This document shows positions 8,788 to 19,642 of a stretch of 64,000 nucleotides of DNA, one piece after another. How positions within the stretch are numbered: position 1 is the first letter of the stretch; every line of letters starts with the position of its first letter. A model generated the notes under the pieces. The model had not been told where the DNA came from. It saw only the letters and a program-made list of their open reading frames with translations, and did no database searches. Origin of the DNA: Limnochordia bacterium (lineage in GTDB: Bacteria > Bacillota > Limnochordia > Darwinibacteriales > Darwinibacteriaceae). A program made the position numbers and the translations under genes. The stretch covers positions 130,974 through 194,973 of the forward strand of contig JBMNKP010000005.1 of the NCBI GenBank assembly GCA_050952265.1. Reading direction: 5' to 3'.

Positions 8788-10161
8788 TCACGCCCGTCCC
8801 AAGACCCTCCACCAGAAGCCGCGTCTCTGTGCTTTCTCCTTGCTCTCCAGCTCCTCCACTCTGCTCCGCAGCCGAGCCAGTTCCCGTTCAAGCTGGGTGC
8901 GGCTGGCTTCCGCCTGGGCCCTGCCTTCCTCCTGCGCCTGCCGCAGGGTCAGACAGCGGCGTTCCAAGCGCTCGAGCCGCTCCGTGAGAGGAGCCAGATC
9001 AACTGGTTTCGGAGGCTTCCATTCCTGCCGCCACCGCTTGACCTCGTTCCTCAGCTCTACCCATTCCTGCCCCCACTTTCTGGCCTCGGAGCGGAGCTCT
9101 TCCCACTCCTGGAGGGTGCGGAAGGCCTGTTCCATGAAGGCCGCTTGAGCTTGCGCCTCGCGCTTTCTTTCTTCCGCCGACATCTGAGGCTGAACCTGGT
9201 CCCCATCGGGCGTCTTTTCGTCCTGTTCCAGCTCCTCAGGTGTGGTGCTCTCTACCGCCCGAGGTTCGGCCGGTTGCGCTGGCTCCGCCTCCTGTGCGGT
9301 TTGGTCTTTGTCTTTGTAGACCGGCAGCAGGAGCCCGCCCACAACCTTCCAGGTGTATGTAAGACTGTCCCGCTCTGCCTGCCGGCGCCGATCCCACTGG
9401 CCCAAGGGAACCTCGTAGAACTCGCCCCCCTCGCTCCAGAGGACTCTCCACTGCCCTTCGGTGCAGGCAAAGCCCACGAGCCCGGCATGGTGCTGGCCTG
9501 TGGAGAGGCTGATCGGGGCGGTCCACTGTTCCGCCTTGCTCTTCGCTTTCAAAACGGTCTTCTCCGACTCTTCCAGCCAGAACAGGTGAAGCTGTTCCGC
9601 CGCCAAGAACTGTGGATGGGAACAGCAGGCATCGGAGAAGGCGATGGCCCCGCTCCACAGCCTCGTCTCAAGGTCATACACCCTGTAGAGCAGGTTGCGA
9701 TCCTTGTGGTCCAGGTAGGCCAGGTGCAGATGATTGCCCCCTTGCCAGGCTGCGCTGTACGCCCACGCTTCACCGAAAACGTTTGCTGTGACAGTCTGAG
9801 GTTTGCCCCATCCCCCGGCAGACTGCTGGTGGCGCAGGAGCCTGCCGCGCCCCGCGGTCTGGGGCACAAAGTAGAAGAGATGGGCTCTGCCCAAACCGTC
9901 GCTGATCAGACGCCCTCCGCCGGCATAGGGCTCGCCCAAGTCAAGACGCTCACTCTGCAGCTCGTCCTCGCCCCTGAACAGCCAGGCGTGATCTGCGCTG
10001 AGAAAGGCGGCGATGTAGATCAGGGAGCCGGAAATAGTCACCGCAGCATCCTGAACGTTTTCTCGTAACACCCGCGGCCCGCCCAGCATAGAGTGGATCA
10101 TCAAAGACCCACCCCGCAGCTCGACACCGCTGAACTTGGGATGGTCCAGTTCGATGCGCAA
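8788..10161 (-). CDS. hypothetical cytoplasmic protein: N-terminal repeat (beta-propeller-like, HLFW/HLAY/RVLW blades) domain plus C-terminal Trp-containing coiled coil
   Basis: 457 aa with no signal peptide. The C-terminal 150 aa are strongly heptad-like and E/R/Q/W-rich. The stop lies 40 nt upstream of the candidate selenoprotein start. Confidence 0.55.
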   Translation of the reverse strand: MRIELDHPKFSGVELRGGSLMIHSMLGGPRVLRENVQDAAVTISGSLIYIAAFLSADHAWLFRGEDELQSERLDLGEPYAGGGRLISDGLGRAHLFYFVPQTAGRGRLLRHQQSAGGWGKPQTVTANVFGEAWAYSAAWQGGNHLHLAYLDHKDRNLLYRVYDLETRLWSGAIAFSDACCSHPQFLAAEQLHLFWLEESEKTVLKAKSKAEQWTAPISLSTGQHHAGLVGFACTEGQWRVLWSEGGEFYEVPLGQWDRRRQAERDSLTYTWKVVGGLLLPVYKDKDQTAQEAEPAQPAEPRAVESTTPEELEQDEKTPDGDQVQPQMSAEERKREAQAQAAFMEQAFRTLQEWEELRSEARKWGQEWVELRNEVKRWRQEWKPPKPVDLAPLTERLERLERRCLTLRQAQEEGRAQAEASRTQLERELARLRSRVEELESKEKAQRRGFWWRVLGRA

Positions 10162-10279
10162 AAAAACACCCCCTCATCACTAAAGTATGCAGGGGCCTGG
10201 ACCGGCAGACATTTTCTTCGGCACCACTCACCCCCCTTCCCCTCCTGCATACTATGGCTTAGAGAAAGGAGGATTACGG

Positions 10280-10858
10280 ATGAAGTGTGATTACGAGCCC
10301 GATTTCCAGCGGGAGGTTATCTACGTAAACAAGGTCTACAACGAATGCGCCATCGTGGACTGCCCGACCTACCGCATCCCCATTCCCCCTTCCTTCCCCT
10401 TAGCAGTTAACATCGTGTCCTGCACCGTCACGGACATCGTCGCCGAAGCAGTTATAGTGGCAGCCGGTGAGATGGATGTGACCGTCACTTTCGTCCTGAA
10501 CGTTGAGTACGACAGCAACGGCATGACCCAGTTTATCCAGCAGACTGCTCAGTACCGCCGCAGAGGAGTGCGCCTCGAAGGAGCACTGCCCGGTATGAGC
10601 GCCGTCGTCCTGCCTCTAATCCGCTGCCTGAACTGCCGGGCTGTGGATGGCGGCACGGTCATCGAATGCGATGTGGGTGTCTACCTAGTCCTCAAAGCCG
10701 TGGCCTTGGTGCAGCTAGAGGTTCTGGCCCGCTTTGCTCCTGAACCGCCAGAATGCGAACAGGTGTCGCCCATCGGCTGCGCAGAATGGTTCGAGCTGGC
10801 CGAATCCGGTGCCTTCTGGCCGCCATTCCCGCCACAGCCCACCATTGAACGGAGTTAA
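10280..10858 (+). CDS. Cys-rich hypothetical protein (10 Cys; possible spore-associated)
   Basis: 192 aa. SD aaggagg lies 7 nt before the ATG at 10280. A CATACTAT -10-like element (sigmaK/sigmaE-like) is upstream. Confidence 0.55.
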   Translation: MKCDYEPDFQREVIYVNKVYNECAIVDCPTYRIPIPPSFPLAVNIVSCTVTDIVAEAVIVAAGEMDVTVTFVLNVEYDSNGMTQFIQQTAQYRRRGVRLEGALPGMSAVVLPLIRCLNCRAVDGGTVIECDVGVYLVLKAVALVQLEVLARFAPEPPECEQVSPIGCAEWFELAESGAFWPPFPPQPTIERS

Positions 10859-10861
10859 AAA

Positions 10862-10899
10862 AAGCCCAAGTCCAGCGACCCGCTGGATTTGGCTTTTTT
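10862..10899 (+). terminator. rho-independent terminator
   Basis: AGCCCAAGTCCAGCG-accc-GCTGGATTTGGCT followed by TTTTTT. Confidence 0.8.
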
Positions 10900-10934
10900 A
10901 GGGTCCGGGACGACTTGGAGAGGAGGGTTCCGCC

Positions 10935-11912
10935 GTGCGCATCCTGTTGATGACGCGCTTTTACCGCAGCGGACAGACCACCCACGTGCTGGATCTCTGC
11001 CTTGAACTGCTCCAGCTGGGGCACCGCGTGCTGCTGGCCATCGCCGACCTCAACGACGTCATTTTCCTGCAGAAACTGAAGCAGGCAGCGGTCCCCCATC
11101 TGCTCACAGCAAAGCAGGACAAGCTGCACAGACAGCTGACCAGATGGAAGCCGGAGATCATCCACAACCATTCTGCCCATACCCTTCCGGTAGCTGTCCA
11201 GCTCGGTCGGCTGCTGAACATACCTACAGTGAGTACCGTGCACTACCTGGATTTCGAACCCCGGGAACTGCTTGAGGAGCAGACAGCAGTAATCCTGATC
11301 AGCCAAGAGATGCGTTGGCATTTCGCCGATCTTCGTGTGCCGGCCTTTGTGGTCGAAAACGGAGTGCGCCTGGCTCCCCTGCGGACCCGCGCTAAGCGCT
11401 GGCGGCAGCTGGCCCTGCTCCTCGGCCAGGAGACTCCGGAAAAGAGGGAGAACTTCTACCAGCTGTCCCAGCACCTGATCCTTTGGGGTTGGGAAGTCCT
11501 GGCTGCTGGGAACTGGCAGCTTCCAGGCGTCAAGACATTGGGCTGGGTTTACGATGCAGCGCCTTTCCTCAGGAAGGCCAATTTGGTGGTCGGTACGGGC
11601 AGAGCGATCCGCGAAGGCATGGCTGCTGGCTGTGCAGCCTACGTGCTCGGCTCCTATTGTGACGGACTGGTCACTCCAGAAAATGTCGAGGGGCTTCAGA
11701 CCACGAACTTCAGCGGCCGGACTCAAAGACAGTCCTTCTGCCCGAAATCGGCGGCGAACGATCTCGCCCGACCCGATCCAGAACGCTTTCTTGAGCTGGG
11801 CAGATTCGGCCGCCGCTATGCTCTTCAGCACTTCTCCAGCGGGCAGATGGCTCTGGCAGTGGAAGGAGTCTACCGCCAAGCCCTGGCCAGGCAGGCAAAT
11901 CTGCCTGGGTAA
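10935..11912 (+). CDS. glycosyltransferase family 4 (GT4, group 1)
   Basis: 325 aa with a GT-B Rossmann N-terminus and a C-terminal sugar-nucleotide-binding region. GTG start after SD ggagaggaggg. Confidence 0.65.
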   Translation: MRILLMTRFYRSGQTTHVLDLCLELLQLGHRVLLAIADLNDVIFLQKLKQAAVPHLLTAKQDKLHRQLTRWKPEIIHNHSAHTLPVAVQLGRLLNIPTVSTVHYLDFEPRELLEEQTAVILISQEMRWHFADLRVPAFVVENGVRLAPLRTRAKRWRQLALLLGQETPEKRENFYQLSQHLILWGWEVLAAGNWQLPGVKTLGWVYDAAPFLRKANLVVGTGRAIREGMAAGCAAYVLGSYCDGLVTPENVEGLQTTNFSGRTQRQSFCPKSAANDLARPDPERFLELGRFGRRYALQHFSSGQMALAVEGVYRQALARQANLPG

Positions 11913-11969
11913 ACAGGAATTTCGCGAAAAATGTCTAATTCAGATGGGACAAAAGGAGGAGGCAGGGCC

Positions 11970-12290
11970 ATGAAGCTTGTGATTACCGTGGTTGAAGATA
12001 GCGATGTGGCTTTCCTGATGGAGTCACTGGTCAAAAACGGTTTCAGGGCAACAAAGCTGGCCAGCACCGGAGGCTTCCTGCTCCAAGGAAACACCACCCT
12101 GCTGATCGGGGTGCAGGACCGTGAGGTTGAACCGGTTCTGCAGATCATCCGTTCGACCTGCGCACCCCGGAAGAAGATCATCCCCCAGATAGCGCCGGAA
12201 CTGCCCACAGCCATCGGCGTGCCGGTGGAAATCGAGGCCGGCGGCGCCATCGTCTTCGTGCTGAACATCGACCAGTTCTGGAGAGTATAG
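11970..12290 (+). CDS. darA: PII-like c-di-AMP receptor DarA (DUF970)
   Basis: 106 aa: MKLVITVVEDSDVAFLMESLVKNGFRATKLASTGGFLLQGNTTLLIGV.... SD aaaggaggagg. Confidence 0.7.
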   Translation: MKLVITVVEDSDVAFLMESLVKNGFRATKLASTGGFLLQGNTTLLIGVQDREVEPVLQIIRSTCAPRKKIIPQIAPELPTAIGVPVEIEAGGAIVFVLNIDQFWRV

Positions 12291-12298
12291 AGAGGAAG

Positions 12299-12958
12299 TC
12301 AGAGTGAGCTGAGCAGTGCTCCGAGCGCCAGGGCGTTCACTGCGAAGTGAGCTGCCATGGGCACAAATATGCTCCCAGAGCGGATCAGGAGCAGCCCAAG
12401 GGCAGCTCCCGACAGGAACACTGGCAGGAACTGCAGAGTGTAGAAATGAAGCGCGGCAAAGAGCAGCGCTGCGAGCAGGACCGCTTTCCCATCTCCCAGC
12501 CGCTCTTTGAGCAGGTTAACAAGGAGACCCCTGAAGAAAAGCTCTTCCCCCAGCGGTGCCCCTACCAAGAGCAGGAGCACCGTTCCTGCGGCCAGGAGGG
12601 GCTTTCTGCTTGTCATCAGCATTTCCACGCCTGTTCTGTCCCGAGCTAGGAGCTCGCGAGCGGTATCTGCGCCCAGGAAATGCGCGGCAGCAGCAAAGAC
12701 CAGAGCACCCACCAAAAGGCTCAAGAAGTACAGACCAACACCCCAGGCCAGGCCGCGTGCGGCTGCCTTGAGAGGGACGGGCTTGAGATGATCTCTCCCG
12801 CCGCCAAAGATCCCGCCCAAGATGAACAGCAGCTGCTGCCAAGCCAGAAGGCCAAGCCGCACGCCCGGCGAAGGCGGCAGAAACCAGGCCAGGACTGCTG
12901 TGCAATACATCAAGCCCATGACCCCGAAGAACCACAGTGCTCCTTTCACGTTCCGCAT
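12299..12958 (-). CDS. CPBP-family intramembrane metalloprotease (CAAX protease / Abi)
   Basis: Motifs EELFFRG, FAALH and HFAVN with 6-7 TM helices. Start at MRNVK (12958) with SD ggaaggaga. The tool's longer ORF would include an upstream terminator hairpin. Confidence 0.75.
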   Translation of the reverse strand: MRNVKGALWFFGVMGLMYCTAVLAWFLPPSPGVRLGLLAWQQLLFILGGIFGGGRDHLKPVPLKAAARGLAWGVGLYFLSLLVGALVFAAAAHFLGADTARELLARDRTGVEMLMTSRKPLLAAGTVLLLLVGAPLGEELFFRGLLVNLLKERLGDGKAVLLAALLFAALHFYTLQFLPVFLSGAALGLLLIRSGSIFVPMAAHFAVNALALGALLSSL

Positions 12959-12969
12959 AGGGCTCTCCT

Positions 12970-12999
12970 TCCCAGAATAAAGGAGCGCGACCGCGCTCC
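12970..12999 (-). terminator. hairpin plus T-run (attenuator/terminator) between the small ORF and the CPBP gene
   Basis: Minus strand reads GGAGCGCGgtCGCGCTCC followed by TTTATTCTGGG. Confidence 0.55.
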
Positions 13000-13009
13000 C
13001 CATTTATCC

Positions 13010-13156
13010 TCAGCCTCTTAAGTTCTGCATCCCATGGTACCAAGCCAGATTCGATGGCCACACCCCGGGTCCATTGCGGGTGAGACCTTCCCACCAATAG
13101 CGGTAAGCGTATCCGTGCAGCACATCAAGGTAGAACTTGCCGTCAGAATAGCCCAT
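13010..13156 (-). CDS. unannotated 48-aa Trp/Tyr-rich small protein (MGYSDGKFYLDVLHGYAYRYWWEGLTRNGPGVWPSNLAWYHGMQNLRG)
   Basis: ATG at 13156 follows SD gaaggagggg with a 6-nt spacer. It is too short for the tool's 60-aa cutoff. It lies between guaB and the CPBP gene on the same strand. Confidence 0.4.
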   Translation of the reverse strand: MGYSDGKFYLDVLHGYAYRYWWEGLTRNGPGVWPSNLAWYHGMQNLRG

Positions 13157-13219
13157 GACCATCCCCTCCTTCTACCACATTTACGCACTTGGAGAGGATT
13201 CGGTCATGGTTCATCTTTC

Positions 13220-15718
<2,499 letters not shown>

Positions 15719-15722
<4 letters not shown>

Positions 15723-16912
15723 CCATGATCATCTTTGTGCTGAACTGCGGTTCTTCTTCAGTAAAGTATAAACTCTACAACATGAAAGACGAGACTGTCC
15801 TGGCTGAAGGGCGGGTTGAGCGCATCGGCCAGGATAATGCTGTGATAATGCATCAACCAGCTGGACGGGACAAGGTGTCCATGACCATGCCCATCCTGGA
15901 ACATACTGCGGCGATTAGGGAGTGCCTGAACCTGCTCACTCACCCCGAACATGGAGTGATCGCCAGCGCAGCGGAAATCGATGCTGTGGGGCACCGGGTG
16001 GTCCATGGCGGAGAGTCCTTCTCCGACTCGGTTCTGATCAACGAACGCACCAAGGAGATCCTTGACTCCCTGGCCAGCCTGGCACCGCTCCACAATCCCG
16101 CCAACGTTACGGGCATCAGAGCGGCCGAGAAGATCATGCCGAACGTACCGCAAGTAGCGGTCTTCGACACGGCGTTCCACTCCACTATCCCGCCCTACGC
16201 CTACCTGTATGCCATACCGTACAGCGTCTACCAGCGCCATAAGGTACGGCGCTACGGCTTCCATGGAACCAGCCACAAGTACGTTTCCCAACGTGCCGCT
16301 GAACTCATGGGCCGCAAGATCGAAGAGCTCAAGATCGTCTCATGCCACCTTGGCAACGGAGCGAGCATCGCGGCGATTCAATATGGCAAGTCTATTGATA
16401 CCTCCATGGGCTTCACACCCCTGGAAGGCCTGATGATGGGCACCCGCAGCGGCGATATCGATCCCGGTGCCGTGTTCTATATTATGAAACAGGAGAAGCT
16501 GAACCTGCACGAGATCGATTCCATGCTCAACAAACATTCAGGACTGCACGGCATGGCCGGGGTCAGCGACATGCGCGACATTGAAAAAGCCATCGCTGAA
16601 GGCGACAAACTGGCCCGTCTGGCCTACGACATGTACGAATACCGGATCAGGAAGTACATCGGAGCGTATGTGGCTGCCATGGACGGCGTGGACGTCATAG
16701 TCTTCACAGCAGGCATCGGCGAGAACACGCCCTCGCTGCGCACCGCCCTCTGCGCAAACCTCTCCTATCTCGGCATCGCCATCGATGAGGAAATGAACAA
16801 AATCCGCGGCAGAGATGTGGAGATCTCCACCCCGGATTCTCGAGTTAAGGTATTCGTGATCCCTACCGACGAGGAGTTGGTAATCGCGAGGGATACAGCC
16901 AGGCTCGTCTAA
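15719..16912 (+). CDS. ackA: acetate kinase
   Basis: 397 aa: IFVLNCGSSSVKYKLY..., HRVVHGG, GFHGTSH. 4-nt overlap with the upstream gene. Confidence 0.9.
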
Positions 16913-16928
16913 ACAGGACACAGAAACG

Positions 16929-16958
16929 GAGGTACCGTCCATGCGGTGCCTCTTTGCT
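16929..16958. terminator. hairpin terminator between convergent ackA and sleB-like genes
   Basis: GGAGGTACCGtccatgCGGTGCCTC followed by TTTGCTT. Confidence 0.6.
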
Positions 16959-17743
16959 TACATAGTAAAACGATGATTGCCGATGGTGACTTTCACAGGA
17001 CGGCTGTGCATGAACCGGTCAGATGTTTTGCGGGGATTGAAGAAGAAGAGTGCACCGTTTGTGGGATCATGCCCGTTCAGCGCCTCGAGGGCGGCCCTGC
17101 GGGCTGTTTCGTTGGGGGCTGTGTAGAAGCTGCCATTTTGAATGGGTTGGAAGGCATTGGCTTGGAAGAGCACGCCGCGCAGAGTATTGGGGAATTGATG
17201 GCTGAGAAGTCTGTTGATGATCACGGCACCAACAGCGACTTGGCCCAAGTACGGCTCGCCGCGGGCCTCCGCGTGGATCATCTGGGCCAGCCATTCTACT
17301 TCCTGATTGGTCAGGCGTACTCCAGCGGGGTAGTATTTCATGTGATCTACCGGAACCAAGAGGCGCTGTCCCACGCGGATCAGGTCTGACTTCATCCGGT
17401 TGAGTTCTTTCAGTTCCTCTACGCTGATCCCATAAGTAGCGGCGACCCAGTAGAGACTGTCTCCCTCCTGAACCGTGTAGAGAGTCACCCCTTTGTACTT
17501 GGTGACGGCAGAGGGAACCTGCGGCTTGTGGACCTCCCTGAGCACCTGGTTGAACTCTGTCAGATCGCCTAGATCGGTTAAGGGGGTGTCAACCAAAGCG
17601 ATCGCGCCCATAGGCTCGGCAGGCTCTGCGCCCCGTTCCAAGGGCTCTCCATGGGCAAGCAGGGCGCACACGAGAACTACCGCCGCAGCCGCCCAGCTAA
17701 AGCGCACAGAGTTTCGCTTCGGATCAGGCGCTTGACCGATCAC
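16958..17743 (-). CDS. LysM-domain cell-wall hydrolase, SleB/Hydrolase_2 family (spore cortex-lytic-like)
   Basis: 261 aa. Signal/TM, LysM (YTVQEGDSLYWVAATYGISVEELKELN), then a SleB-like catalytic domain (AQMIHAEARGEPYLGQVAVGAVIINR). GTG start with SD gaaagaggggg. Confidence 0.8.
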   Translation of the reverse strand: MIGQAPDPKRNSVRFSWAAAAVVLVCALLAHGEPLERGAEPAEPMGAIALVDTPLTDLGDLTEFNQVLREVHKPQVPSAVTKYKGVTLYTVQEGDSLYWVAATYGISVEELKELNRMKSDLIRVGQRLLVPVDHMKYYPAGVRLTNQEVEWLAQMIHAEARGEPYLGQVAVGAVIINRLLSHQFPNTLRGVLFQANAFQPIQNGSFYTAPNETARRAALEALNGHDPTNGALFFFNPRKTSDRFMHSRPVKVTIGNHRFTM

Positions 17744-17882
17744 CTTAGGCCCCCTCTTTCCAAGAATTAGTTGTAATCAAAATTATAACTGAACGGGGAC
17801 GAGCTGTCAATTTCGAGGTAGGCGGCCCGCTTGCCAGGCCCCAAAGGACATAATATACTAGATATGCTGAGGAGGTGGCTGG

Positions 17883-18953
17883 ATGAGCCTTTTACGCGAG
17901 CTCCTGACGCCAAAGCGCATCATAGTCTTCGTCATTCTTGCCGTTCTTCTGATCTTCTTCTCACGGCAGCTGGGTACGGTCGTACTCCCCTTCCTCATCG
18001 CCGCCAGCTGTGCTGTGATCCTCGAACCATTGGTGAATTTCCTCGTACGCCGACTGCGTTTTCCACGCTCTATCGCCGCGTTAGCCACCTTGATAGCCGT
18101 TGGCGGTTTGGCCCTGTACGGCATCATCCTGATCATCGGCCAGCTGGTAGGCCAGCTCATAGACCTGGCTTCGCTCCTGCCGGTCTACCGCGAGACCATC
18201 ACGGACATGACGGAAGACCTGCTGTCCCACGTGCAGGCACTCAACGAAAGCCTCCCTGCCATCGTCAGCGTGAACATCCAGAACAGTGTTCAGGACTTCC
18301 TTGTTACCCTGGAAAACAGCACCAAAGACTTGATCAACCGTGTCCTGGAAATGTTCTCAGGAATGCCTTCATTCGTCCTGGTCACCATCATCACCCTGGT
18401 GGCCACCTACTTCATCTCGCGGGATAAGGACTTGATCATCGATACCTTCATGCAGTTTGTTCCTCCCTCTTCCCGCGAAAAAGCCCTGGAGTTCCGGGAG
18501 AAGCTCAGTGTCGACCTGTTCGGCTATGTCAAAGGCCGCTTCCTGATGCTCCTCATCTCCATGGCCATCACCGCGATAGGCCTGGTCCTCATCGGCACGC
18601 GTTATTGGGTCCTGCTGGCCATCGTCATCGGGATCATCGATCAGATCCCCGTGATCGGCCCCGGGATCGTCTTCACTCCGTGGGTAGCCATGTGCGTGAT
18701 TGCGGGCGACATCGATCGAGCTGTCTACCTCACCCTGCTCTACTTCGTGCTCTTTGCTGTAAGGAACTTTGCTGAGCCGAAGATTATCGGCGACTCCGTC
18801 GGCCTGCACCCGCTGATCATGCTTCTGGCCATGTACGGCGGTGTCGTGTTCTTCGGCGTGGTTGGGCTCATCCTCGGACCGGTGCTGGCCATCATCATCC
18901 GGGCTACGACAGCAGCGGGGTTGATCAAGTTTCCGCCCTACTCGGACAAGTAA
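17883..18953 (+). CDS. ytvI: sporulation integral membrane protein YtvI (AI-2E transporter family)
   Basis: 356 aa with 8 TM helices and typical YtvI/AI-2E family architecture. SD gaggaggtg. Confidence 0.8.
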   Translation: MSLLRELLTPKRIIVFVILAVLLIFFSRQLGTVVLPFLIAASCAVILEPLVNFLVRRLRFPRSIAALATLIAVGGLALYGIILIIGQLVGQLIDLASLLPVYRETITDMTEDLLSHVQALNESLPAIVSVNIQNSVQDFLVTLENSTKDLINRVLEMFSGMPSFVLVTIITLVATYFISRDKDLIIDTFMQFVPPSSREKALEFREKLSVDLFGYVKGRFLMLLISMAITAIGLVLIGTRYWVLLAIVIGIIDQIPVIGPGIVFTPWVAMCVIAGDIDRAVYLTLLYFVLFAVRNFAEPKIIGDSVGLHPLIMLLAMYGGVVFFGVVGLILGPVLAIIIRATTAAGLIKFPPYSDK

Positions 18954-18957
18954 CTCT

Positions 18958-18989
18958 AAACCCCTTACATAAAAGGGGTTTTCTTTTTG
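18958..18989 (+). terminator. rho-independent terminator
   Basis: AACCCCTTacataAAAGGGGTT followed by TTCTTTTTG. Confidence 0.85.
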
Positions 18990-19027
18990 AACACTAAGGG
19001 TAGCCACTGCGGACAAGGAGTGCATCC

Positions 19028-19642
19028 ATGTTCAGCTTGCCCTTAAGTGTTGCCCTGCTCACTCTCCTCACGGTCCTGCTCTTATTGGGTTTGGGACAGA
19101 GAGTTCTGGACCGCATGCGCCTTACCGACGCGGAAGCGGTGATCATCCTCCTGCTCATGATCGGCGGCCACTTCCTGCCCACGATTTCCCTGACTCCCCG
19201 CATCGCCTTAAACTTGGGCGGTCTTATCCCCTTTGGAGTAGGCATCTACCTGCTTGTTACTACTTCCACCCAGGAAAGACTCAGAGCGGTGGGAGTCACT
19301 CTCGTTACGGCAGCCCTCATCTGGCTCAGCGATAAGTTCCTGCCGCTTCAGCCCGGCCTTCTCGATCCCGTTTTCAGCGGAGGGATTTTCGCCGGACTGA
19401 CCGCCACCATCTGGGGCCGGTCCAGGCGCAGCGCCTTCACAGCGGGACTTCTAGGAGTGCTTCTAGTCGATGCCACCAGTATGCTCCAGCTCTGGCTGCA
19501 GGGTTTGGAGGAACGGATCACCTTGGGCAGCGGCGGTCTCTTTTCCAGCGTTGTGCTGAGCTCCTTTTTAGCGGTCGCCCTGACTGAAGTCATCGGCGAA
19601 GTACGGGAGGCAATCCACCTGGGAGGAAACCGCGATGGCTAA
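19028..19642 (+). CDS. DUF1614 membrane protein
   Basis: 204 aa, polytopic. SD aaggag. Overlaps the spoIIP start. Confidence 0.6.
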   Translation: MFSLPLSVALLTLLTVLLLLGLGQRVLDRMRLTDAEAVIILLLMIGGHFLPTISLTPRIALNLGGLIPFGVGIYLLVTTSTQERLRAVGVTLVTAALIWLSDKFLPLQPGLLDPVFSGGIFAGLTATIWGRSRRSAFTAGLLGVLLVDATSMLQLWLQGLEERITLGSGGLFSSVVLSSFLAVALTEVIGEVREAIHLGGNRDG

